From NCBI GenBank assembly GCA_964016885.1, contig OZ024762.1, forward strand, positions 30,566,001 through 30,630,000: a DNA stretch of 64,000 nt, written 5' to 3'. The stretch comes from Eledone cirrhosa. Taxonomy: Eukaryota. The notes beneath the pieces were generated by a model. It did not search any database and had not been told where the DNA came from. It saw only the letters and a program-made list of their open reading frames with translations. The translations under genes were made by a program, and so were the position numbers. Shown here in pieces: positions 1-11,636 of the stretch (position 1 is its first letter; the number at the start of each line of letters is the position of its first letter).

Positions 1-3000
1 TGGTGAGAATTCATTTAAGTCATGGTACTAGCTGTCAGAAGTAACTCCAATGTTGGTGAGAATTCATTTAAGTTCATGGTATTAGCTGTCAGAAGGAACT
101 CCACTGTTGGTGAGAATTCATTTAAGTTCATGGTATTAGCTGTCAGAAGTAACTCCACTGTTGGTGAGAATTCATTTAAGTTCAGGGTACTAGCTGTCAG
201 AAGTAACTCCAATGTTGGTGAGAATTCATTTAAGTTCATGGTATTAGCTGTCAGAAGTAACTCCACTGTTGGTGAGAATTCATTTAAGTCATGGTATTAG
301 CTGTCAGAAGTAACTCCATTGTTGGTGAGAGTTCATTTAAGTCATGGTACTAGCTGTCAGAAGTAACTCCACTGTTGGTGAGAATTCATTTAAGTTCATG
401 GTATTAGCTGTCAGAAGTAACTCCACTGTTGGTGAGAATTCATTTAAGTCATGGTATTAGCTGTCAGAAGTAACTCCATTGTTGGTGAGAATTCATTTAA
501 GTCATGGTACTAGCTGTCAGAAGTAACTCCACTGTTGGTGAGAATTCATTTAAGTTCATGGTACTAGCTGTCAGAAGTAACTCCACTGTTGGTGAGAATT
601 CATTTAAGTTCATGGTACTAGCTGTCAGAAGTAACTCCACTGTTGGTGAGAATTAATTTAAGTTCATGGTACTAGCTGTCAGAAGTAACTCCACTGTTGG
701 TGAGAATTCATTTAAGTTCATGGTACTAGCTGTCAGAAGTAACTCCAATGTTGGTGAGAATTCATTTAAGTCATGGTACTAGCTGTCTGAAGTAACTCCA
801 CTGTTGGTGAGAATTCATTTAAGTTCATGGTACTAGCTGTCAGAAGTAACTCCACTGTTGGTGAGAATTCATTTAAGTTCATGGTATTAGCTGTCAGAAG
901 TAACTCCACTGTTGGTGAGAATTCATTTAAGTCATGGTATTAGCTGTCAGAAGTAACTCCATTGTTGGTGAGAATTCATTTAAGTCATGGTACTATATGT
1001 CAGAAGTAACTCCACTGTTGGTGAGAATTCATTTAAATTCATGGTACTAGCTGTCAGAAGTAACTCCACTGTTGGTTAGAATTCATTTAAGTTCATGGTA
1101 CTAGCTGTCAGAAGTAACTCCATTGTTGGTGAGAATTCATTTAAGTTCATGGTACTAGCTGTCAGAAGTAACTCCACTGTTGGTGAGAATTCATTTAAGT
1201 TCATGGTACTAGCTGTCAGAAGTAACTCCAATGTTGGTGAGAATTCATTTAAGTCATGGTACTAGCTGTCAGAAGTAACTCCACTGTTGGTGAGAATTCA
1301 TTTAAGTTCATGGTATTAGCTGTCAGAAGGAACTCCACTGTTGGTGAGAATTCATTTAAGTTCATGGTATTAGCTATCAGAAGTAACACCACTGTTGGTG
1401 AGAATTCATTTAAGTTCATGGTACTAGCTGTCAGAAGTAACTCCACTGTTGGTGAGAATTCATTTAAGTTCATGGTACTAGCTGTCAGAAGTAACCCCAA
1501 TGTTGGTGAGAATTCATTTAAGTTCATGGTATTAGCTGTCAGAAGTCACTCCACTGTTGGTGAGAATTCATTTAAGTTCATGGTATTAGCTGTCAGAAGT
1601 AACTCCACTGTTGGTGAGAATTCATTTAAGTTCATGGTATTAGCTGTCAGAAGTAACTCCACTGTTGGTGAGAATTCATTTAAGTTCATGGTACTAGCTG
1701 TCAGAAGTAACTCCACTGTTGGTGAGAATTCATTTAAATCATGGTACTAGCTGTCAGAAGTAACTCCACTGTTGGTGAGAATTCATTTAAGTTCATGGTA
1801 CTAGCTGTCAGAAGTAACCCCAATGTTGGTGAGAATTCATTTAAGTTCATGGTATTAGCTGTCAGAAGTCACTCCACTGTTGGTGAGAATTCATTTAAGT
1901 TCATGGTATTAGCTGTCAGAAGTAACTCCACTGTTGGTGAGAATTCATTTAAGTTCATGGTATTAGCTGTCAGAAGTAACTCCACTGTTGGTGAGAATTC
2001 ATTTAAGTTCATGGTATTAGCTGTCAGAAGTAACTCCACTGTTGGTGAGAATTCATTTAAGTTCATGGTACTAGCTGTCAGAAGTAACTCCACTGTTGGT
2101 GAGAATTCATTTAAGTTCATGGTATTAGATGTCAGAAGTAACTCCACTGTTGGTGAGAATTCATTTAAGTTCATGGTACTAGCTGTCAGAAGTAACTCCA
2201 TTGTTGGTGAGAATTCATTTAAGTCATGATACTAGCTGTCAGAAGTAACTCCACTGTTGGTGAGAATTCATTTAAGTTCATGGTACTAGCTGTCAGAAGT
2301 AACTCCACTGTTGGTGAGAATTCATTTAAGTTCATGGTATTAGCTGTCAGAAGTCACTCCAATGTTGGTGAGAATTCATTTAAGTTCATGGTATTAGCTG
2401 TCAGAAGTAACTCCACTGTTGGTGAGAATTCATTTAAGTTCATGGTATTAGCTGTCAAAGTAACTCCACTGTTGGTGAGAATTCATTTAAGTTCATGGTA
2501 TTAGCTGTCAGAAGTAACTCCACTGTTGGTGAGAATTCATTTAAGTTGATGGTATTAGCTGTCAGAAGGAACTCCACTGTTGGTGAGAATTCATTTAAGT
2601 TCATGGTAGTAGCTGTCAGAAGTAACTCCACTGTTGGTGAGAATTCATTTAAGTCATGGTATTAGTTGTCAGAAGTAACTCCAATGTTGGTGAGAATTCA
2701 TTTAAGTCATGGTACTAGCTGTCAGAAGTAACTCCAATGTTGGTGAGAATTCATTTAAGTTCATGGTATTAGCTGTCAGAAGGAACTCCACTGTTGGTGA
2801 GAATTCATTTAAGTTCATGGTATTAGCTGTCAGAAGTAACTCCACTGTTGGTGAGAATTCATTTAAGTTCATGGTACTAGCTGTCAGAAGTAACTCCAAT
2901 GTTGGTGAGAATTCATTTAAGTTCATGGTATTAGCTGTCAGAAGTAACTCCACTGTTGGTGAGAATTCATTTAAGTCATGGTATTAGCTGTCAGAAGTAA

Positions 3001-6000
3001 CTCCACTGTTGGTGAGAATTCATTTAAGTCATGGTATTAGCTGTCAGAAGTAACTCCATTGTTGGTGAGAATTCATTTAAGTAATGGTACTAGCTGTCAG
3101 AAGTAACTCCACTGTTGGTGAGAATTCATTTAAGTTCATGGTACAAGCTGTCAGAAGTAACTCCACTGTTGGTGAGAATTCATTTAAGTTCATGGTACTA
3201 GCTGTCAGAAGTAACTCCACTGTTGGTGAGAATTCATTTAAGTTCATGGTACTAGCTGTCAGAAGTAACTCCACTGTTGGTGAGAATTCATTTAAGTTCA
3301 TGGTACTAGCTGTCAGAGGTAACCCCAATGTTGGTGAGAATTCATTTAAGTCATGGTACTAGCTGTCAGAAGTAACTCCACTGTTGGTGAGAATTCATTT
3401 AAGTTCATGGTATTAGCTGTCAGAAGGAACTCCACTGTTGGTGAGAATTCATTTAAGTTCATTGTATTAGCTGTCAGAAGTAACTCCACTGTTGGTGAGA
3501 ATTCATTTAAGTTCATGGTACTAGCTGTCAGAAGGAACTCCAATGTTGGTGAGAATTCATTTAAGTCATGGTACTAGCTGTCAGAAGTAACTCCAATGTT
3601 GGTGAGAATTCATTTAAGTTCATGGTATTAGCTGTCAGAAGGAACTCCACTGTTGGTGAGAATTCATTTAAGTTCATGGTATTAGCTGTCAGAAGTAACT
3701 CCACTGTTGGTGAGAATTCATTTAAGTTCAGGGTACTAGCTGTCAGAAGTAACTCCAATGTTGGTGAGAATTCATTTAAGTTCATGGTATTAGCTGTCAG
3801 AAGTAACTCCACTGTTGGTGAGAATTCATTTAAGTCATGGTATTAGCTGTCAGAAGTAACTCCATTGTTGGTGAGAGTTCATTTATGTCATGGTACTAGC
3901 TGTCAGAAGTAACTCCACTGTTGGTGAGAATTCATTTAAGTTCATGGTATTAGCTGTCAGAAGTAACTCCACTGTTGGTGAGAATTCATTTAAGTCATGG
4001 TATTAGCTGTCAGAAGTAACTCCATTGTTGGTGAGAATTCATTTAAGTCATGGTACTAGCTGTCAGAAGTAACTCCACTGTTGGTGAGAATTCATTTAAG
4101 TTCATGGTACTAGCTGTCAGAAGTAACTCCACTGTTGGTGAGAATTCATTTAAGTTCATGGTACTAGCTGTCAGAAGTAACTCCACTGTTGGTGAGAATT
4201 AATTTAAGTTCATGGTACTAGCTGTCAGAAGTAACTCCACTGTTGGTGAGAATTCATTTAAGTTCATGGTACTAGCTGTCAGAAGTAACTCCAATGTTGG
4301 TGAGAATTCATTTAAGTCATGGTACTAGCTGTCTGAAGTAACTCCACTGTTGGTGAGAATTCATTTAAGTTCATGGTATTAGCTGTCAGAAGGAACTCCA
4401 CTGTTGGTGAGAATTCATTTAAGTTCATGGTATTAGCTGTCAGAAGTAACTCGACTGTTGGTGTGAATTAATTTAAGTTCATGGTACTAGCTGTCAGAAG
4501 TAACTCCAATGTTGGTGAGAATTCATTTAAGTTCATGGTATTAGCTGTCAGAAGTAACTCCACTGTTGGTGAGAATTCATTTAAGTTCATGGTATTAGCT
4601 GTCAGAAGTAACTCCACTGTTGGTGAGAATTCATTTAAGTTAATAGTACTAGCTGTCAGAAGTAACTCCACTGTTGGTGAGAATTCATTTAAGTTCATGG
4701 TACTAGCTGTCAGAAGTAACCCCAATGTTGGTGAGAATTCATTTAAGTTCATGGTATTAGCTGTCAGAAGTCACTCCACTGTTGGTGAGAATTCATTTAA
4801 GTTCATGGTATTAGCTGTCAGAAGTAACTCCACTGTTGGTGAGAATTCATTTAAGTTCATGGTATTAGCTGTCAGAAGTAACTCCACTGTTGGTGAGAAT
4901 TCATTTAAGTTCATGGTATTAGCTGTCAGAAGTAACTCCACTGTTGGTGAGAATTCATTTAAGTTCATGGTACTAGCTGTCAGAAGTAACTCCACTGTTG
5001 GTGAGAATTCATTTAAGTTCATGGTATTAGCTGTCAGAAGTAACTCCACTGTTGGTGAGAATTCATTTAAGTCATGGTATTAGCTGTCAGAAGTAACTCC
5101 ATTGTTGGTGAGAATTTATTTAAGTCATGGTACTAGCTGTCAGAAGTAACTCCACTGTTGGTGAGAATTCATTTAAGTTCATGGTACTAGCTGTCAGAAG
5201 TAACTCCACTGTTGGTGAGAATTCATTTAAGTTCATGGTACTAGCTGTCAGAAGTAACTCCACTGTTGGTGAGAATACATTTAAGTTCATGGTACTAGCT
5301 GTCAGAAGTAACTCCACTGTTGGTGAGAATTCATTTAAGTTCATGGTTTTAGCTGTCAGAAGTAACTCCACTGTTGGTGAGAATTCATTTAAGTTCATGG
5401 TATTAGCTGTCAGAAGTAACTCCACTGTTGGTGAGAATTCATTTAAGTCATGGTATTAGCTGTCAGAAGTAACTCCATTGTTGGTGAGAATTCATTTAAG
5501 TCATGGTACTAGCTGTCAGAAGTAACTCCAATGTTGGTGAGAATTCATTTAAGTTCATGGTACTAGCTGTCAGAAGTAACTCCACTGTTGGTGAGAATTC
5601 ATTTAAGTTCATGGTACTAGCTGTCAGAAGTAACTCCACTGTTGGTGAGAATTAATTTAAGTTCATGGTACTAGCTGTCAGAAGTAACTCCACTGTTGGT
5701 GAGAATTCATTTAAGTTCATGGTACTAGCTGTCAGAAGTAACACCAATGTTGTTGAGAATTCATTTACGTCATGGTACTAGCTGTCTGAAGTAACTCCAC
5801 TGTTGGTGAGAATTCATTTAAGTTCATGGTATTAGCTGTCAGAAGGAACTCCACTGTTGGTGAGAATTCATTTAAGTTCATGGTATTAGCTGTCAGAAGT
5901 AACTCCACTGTTGGTGAGAATTAATTTAAGTTCATGGTACTAGCTGTCAGAAGTAACTCCAATGTTGGTGAGAATTCATTTAAGTTCATGGTATTAGCTG

Positions 6001-9000
6001 TCAGAAGTAACTCCACTGTTGGTGAGAATTCATTTAAGTCATGGTATTAGCTGTCAGAAGTAACTCCACTGTTGGTGAGAATTCATTTAAGTTCATGGTA
6101 CTAGCTGTCAGAAGTAACTCCACTGTTGGTGAGAATTCATTTAAGTTCATGGTACTAGCTGTCAGAAGTAACTCCACTGTTGGTGAGAATTCATTTAAGT
6201 TCATGGTACTAGCTGTCAGAAGTAACTCCACTGTTGGTGAGAATTCATTTAAGTTCATGGTATTAGCTGTCAGAAGTAACTCCACTGTTGGTGAGAATTC
6301 ATTTAAGTTCATGGTATTAGCTGTCAGAAGTAACTCCACTGTTGGTGAGAATTCATTTAAGTTCATGGTATTAGCTGTCAGAAGTAACTCCACTGTTGGT
6401 GAGAATTCATTTAAGTTCATGGTACTAGCTGTCAGAAGTAACTCCACTGTTGGTGAGAATTCATTTAAGTTCATGGTATTAGCTGTCAGAAGTAACTCCA
6501 CTGTTGGTGAGAATTCATTTAAGTCATGGTATTAGCTGTCAGAAGTAACTCCATTGTTGGTGAGAATTCATTTAATTCATGGTACTAGCTGTCAGAAGTA
6601 ACTCCACTGTTGGTGAGAATTCATTTAAGTTCATGGTATTAGCTGTCAGAAGGAACTCCACTGTTGGTGAGATTTCATTTAAGTTCATGGTATTAGCTGT
6701 CAGAAGTAACTCCACTGTTGGTGAGATTTCATTTAAGTTCATGGTACTAGCTGTCAGAAGTCACTCCACTGTTGGTGAGAATTCATTTAAGTTCATGGTA
6801 TTAGCTGTCAGAAATAACTCCACTGTTGGTGAGAATTCATTTAAGTTCATGGTATTAGCTGTCAGAAGTAACTCCACTGTTGGTGAGAATTCATTTAAGT
6901 TCATGGTATTAGCTGTCAGAAGTAACTCCACTGTTGGTGAGAATTCATTTAAGTTCATGGTTTTAGCTGTCAGAAGTAACTCCACTGTTGGTGAGAATTC
7001 ATTTAAGTTCATGGTATTAGCTGTCAGAAGTAACTCCACTGTTGGTGAGAATTCATTTAAGTCATGGTATTAGCTGTCAGAAGTAACTCCATTGTTGGTG
7101 AGAATTCATTTAAGTCATGGTACTAGCTGTCAGAAGTAACTCCACTGTTGGTGAGAATTCATTTAAGTTCATGGTACTAGCTGTCAGAAGTAACTCCACT
7201 GTTGGTGAGAATTCATTTAAGTTCATGGTACTAGCTGTCAGAAGTAACTCCACTGTTGGTGAGAATTAATTTAAGTTCATGGTACTAGCTGTCAGAAGTA
7301 ACTCCACTGTTGGTGAGAATTCATTTAAGTTCATGGTACTAGCTGTCAGAAGTAACTCCAATGTTGGTGAGAATTCATTTAAGTCATGGTACTAGCTGTC
7401 TGAAGTAACTCCACTGTTGGTGAGAATTCATTTAAGTTCATGGTATTAGCTGTCAGAAGGAACTCCACTGTTGGTGAGAATTCATTTAAGTTCATGGTAT
7501 TAGCTGTCAGAAGTAACTCCACTGTTGGTGAGAATTAATTTAAGTTCATGGTACTAGCTGTCAGAAGTAACTCCAATGTTGGTGAGAATTCATTTAAGTT
7601 CATGGTATTAGCTGTCAGAAGTAACTCCACTGTTGGTGAGAATTCATTTAAGTTCATGGTATTAGCTGTCAGAAGTAACTCCACTGTTGGTGAGAATTCA
7701 TTTAAGTTCATAGTACTAGCTGTCTGAAGTAACTCCACTGTTGGTGAGAATTCATTTAAGTTCATGGTACTAGCTGTCAGAAGTAACCCCAATGTTGGTG
7801 AGAATTCATTTAAGTTCATGGTATTAGCTGTCAGAAGTCACTCCACTGTTGGTGAAAATTCATTTAAGTTCATGGTATTAGCTGTCAGAAGTAACTCCAC
7901 TGTTGGTGAGAATTCATTTAAGTTCATGGTATTAGCTGTCAGAAGTAACTCCACTGTTGGTGAGAATTCATTTAAGTTCATGGTATTAGCTGTCAGAAGT
8001 AACTCCACTGTTGGTGAGAATTCATTTAAGTTCATGGTACAAGCTGTCAGAAGTAACTCCACTGTTGGTGAGAATTCATTTAAGTTCATGGTATTAGCTG
8101 TCAGAAGTAACTCCACTGTTGGTGAGAATTCATTTAAGTCATGGTATTAGCTGTCAGAAGTAACTCCATTGTTGGTGAGAATTCATTTAAGTCATGGTAC
8201 TAGCTGTCAGAAGTAACTCCACTGTTGGTGAGAATTCATTTAAGTTCATGGTACTAGCTGTCAGAAGTAACTCCACTGTTGGTGAGAATTCATTTAAGTT
8301 CATGGTACTAGCTGTCAGAAGTAACTCCACTGTTGGTGAGAATTCATTTAAGTTCATGGTACTAGCTGTCAGAAGTAACTCCACTGTTGGTGAGAATTCA
8401 TTTAAGTTCATGGTATTAGCTGTCAGAAGGAACTCCACTGTTGGTGAGAATTCATTTAAGTTCATGGTATTAGCTGTCAGAAGTAACTCCACTGTTGGTG
8501 AGAATTCATTTAAGTTCATGGTACTAGCTGTCAGAAGTAACTCCACTGTTGGTGAGAATTCATTTAAGTTCATGGTACTAGCTGTCAGAAGTAACCCTAA
8601 TGTTGGTGAGAATTCATTTAAGTTCATGATATTAGCTGTCAGAAGTCACTCCACTGTTGGTGAGAATTCATTTAAGTTCATGGTATTAGCTGTCAGAAAT
8701 AACTCCACTGTTGGTGAGAATTCATTTAAGTTCATGGTATTAGCTGTCAGAAGTAACTCCACTGTTGGTGAGAATTCATTTAAGTTCATGGTATTAGCTG
8801 TCAGAAGTAACTCCACTGTTGGTGAGAATTCATTTAAGTTCATGGTACTAGCTGTCAGAAGTAACTCCACTGTTGGTGAGAATTCATTTAAGTTCATGGT
8901 ATTAGCTGTCAGAAGTAACTCCACTGTTGGTGAGAATTCATTTAAGTCATGGTATTAGCTGTCAGAAGTAACTCCATTGTTGGTGAGAATTCATTTAAGT

Positions 9001-10900
9001 CATGGTACTAGCTGTCAGAAGTAACTCCACTGTTGGTGAGAATTCATTTAAGTTCATGGTACTAGCTGTCAGAAGTAACTCCACTGTTGGTGAGAATTCA
9101 TTTAAGTTCATGGTACTAGCTGTCAGAAGTAACTCCACTGTTGGTGAGAATTCATTTAAGTTCATGGTACTAGCTGTCAGAAGTAACTCCACTGTTGGTG
9201 AGAATTCATTTAAGTTCATGGTACTAGCTGTCAGAAGTAACCCCAATGTTGGTGAGAATTCATTTAAGTCATGGTACTAGCTGTCAGAAGTAACTCCACT
9301 GTTGGTGAGAATTCATTTAAGTTCATGGTATTAGCTGTCAGAAGGAACTACACTGTTGGTGAGAATTCATTTAAGTTCATGGTATTAGCTGTCAGAAGTA
9401 ACTCCACTGTTGGTGAGAATTCATTTAAGTTCATGGTACTAGCTGTCAGAAGGAACTCCAATGTTGGTGAGAATTCATTTAAGTTCATGGTATTAGCTGT
9501 CAGAAGTAACTCCACTGTTGGTGAGAATTCATTTAAGTTCATGGTATTAGCTGACAGAAGTAACTCCACTGTTGGTGAGAATTCATTTAAGTTCATGGTA
9601 CTAGCTGTCAGAAGTAACTCCACTGTTGGTGAGAATTCATTTAAGTTCATGGTATTAGCTGTCAGAAGTAACTCCACTGTTGGTGAGAATTCATTTAAGT
9701 TCATGGTACTAGCTGTCAGAAGGAACTCCAATGTAGGTGAGAATTCATTTAAGTTCATGGTATTAGCTGTCAGAAGTAACTCCACTGTTGGTGAGAATTC
9801 ATTTAAGTTCATGGTATTAGCTGTCAGAAGTAACTCCACTGTTGGTGAGAATTCATTTAAGTTCATGGTACTAGCTGTCAGAAGTAACTCCAATGTTGGT
9901 GAGAATTCATTTAAGTTCATGGTATTAGCTGTCAGAAGTAACTCCACTGTTGGTGAGAATTCATTTAAGTCATGGTATTAGCTGTCAGAAGTAACTCCAC
10001 TGTTGGTGAGAATTCATTTAAGTCATGGTATTAGCTGTCAGAAGTAACTCCATTGTTGGTGAGAATTCATTTAAGTCATGGTACTAGCTGTCAGAAGTAA
10101 CTCCACTGTTGGTGAGAATTCATTTAAGTTCATGGTACTAGCTGTCAGAAGTAACTCCACTGTTGGTGAGAATTCATTTAAGTTCATGGTACTAGCTGTC
10201 AGAAGTAACTCCACTGTTGGTGAGAATTCATTTAAGTTCATGGTACTAGCTGTCAGAAGTAACTCCACTGTTGGTGAGAATTCATTTAAGTTCATGGTAC
10301 TAGCTGTCAGAAGTAACCCCAATGTTGGTGAGAATTCATTTAAGTCATGGTACTAGCTGTCAGAAGTAACTCCACTGTTGGTGAGAATTCATTTAAGTTC
10401 ATGGTATTAGCTGTCAGAAGGAACTCCACTGTTGGTGAGAATTCATTTAAGTTCGTGGTATTAGCTGTCAGAAGTAACTCCACTGTTGGTGAGAATTCAT
10501 TTAAGTTCATGGTACTAGCTGTCAGAAGGAACTCCAATGTTGGTGAGAATTCATTTAAGTCATGGTACTAGCTGTCAGAAGTAACTCCACTGTTGGTGAG
10601 AATTCATTTAAGTTCATGGTACTAGCTGTCAGAAGTAACTCCACTGTTGGTGAGAATTCATTTAAGTTCATGGTACTAGCTGTCAGAAGTAACTCCACTG
10701 TTGGTGAGAATTCATTTAAGTTCATGGTATTAGCTGTCAGAAGTAACTCCACTGTTGGTGAGAATTCATTTAAGTTCATGGTACTAGCTGTCAGAAGTAA
10801 CTCCACTGTTGGTGAGAATTCATTTAAGTTCATGGTATTAGCTGTCAGAAGTAACTCCACTGTTGGTGAGAATTCATTTAAATCATGGTATTAGCTGTCA
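1..10900. repeat. Satellite sub-domain A (most heterogeneous, rich in 53-bp monomers)
   Basis: Private variants GAATTAAT (~651, 4200, 4470, 5651, 5921, 7265, 7535) and GTCTGA (~786, 4331, 5785, 7400, 7722) were not seen beyond ~7.8 kb. There are many singleton substitutions. The right boundary is approximate. Confidence 0.75.
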
Positions 10901-11636
10901 GAAGTAACTCCATTGTTGTGAGAATTCATTTAAGTCATGGTACTAGCTGTCAGAAGTAACTCCACTGTTGGTGAGAATTCATTTAAGTTCATGGTATTAG
11001 CTGTCAGAAGGAACTCCACTGTTGGTGAGAATTCATTTAAGTTCATGGTATTAGCTGTCAGAAGTAACTCCAATGTTGGTGAGAATTCATTTAAGTTCAT
11101 GGTATTAGCTGTCAGAAGTAACTCCACTGTTGGTGAGAATTCATTTAAGTTCATGGTATTAGCTGTCAGAATTAACTCCACTGTTGGTGAGAATTCATTT
11201 AAGTTCATGGTACTAGCTGTCAGAAGTAACTCCACTGTTGGTGAGAATTCATTTAAGTTCATGGTACTAGCTGTCAGAAGTAACCCTAATGTTGGTGAGA
11301 ATTCATTTAAGTTCATGGTATTAGCTGTCAGAAGTCACTCCACTGTTGGTGAGAATTCATTTAAGTTCATGGTATTAGCTGTCAGAATAACTCCACTGTT
11401 GGTGAGAATTCATTTAAGTTCATGGTATTAGCTGTCAGAAGTAACTCCACTGTTGGTGAGAATTCATTTAAGTTCATGGTATTAGCTGTCAGAAGTAACT
11501 CCACTGTTGGTGAGAATTCATTTAAGTTCATGGTACTAGCTGTCAGAGGTAACTCCACTGTTGGTGAGAATTCATTTAAGTTCATGGTATTAGCTGTCAG
11601 AAGTAACTCCACTGTTGGTGAGAATTCATTTATGTC

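Noticed and set aside
22-75. Origin of the 54-mer from a 3 x 18-bp subrepeat (CTGT recurs 18 bp apart)
   Set aside because: Only about 6/18 ungapped matches between thirds, which is not distinguishable from chance by eye.
284-300. Overlapping stop/start (…FKSWY* overlapping the next ATG) as translational coupling, programmed frameshifting or phase variation
   Set aside because: It is the automatic result of the T deletion in AAGTTCATG, which shifts the frame into the TAG of TAYTAG. There is no slippery heptamer or other supporting signal.
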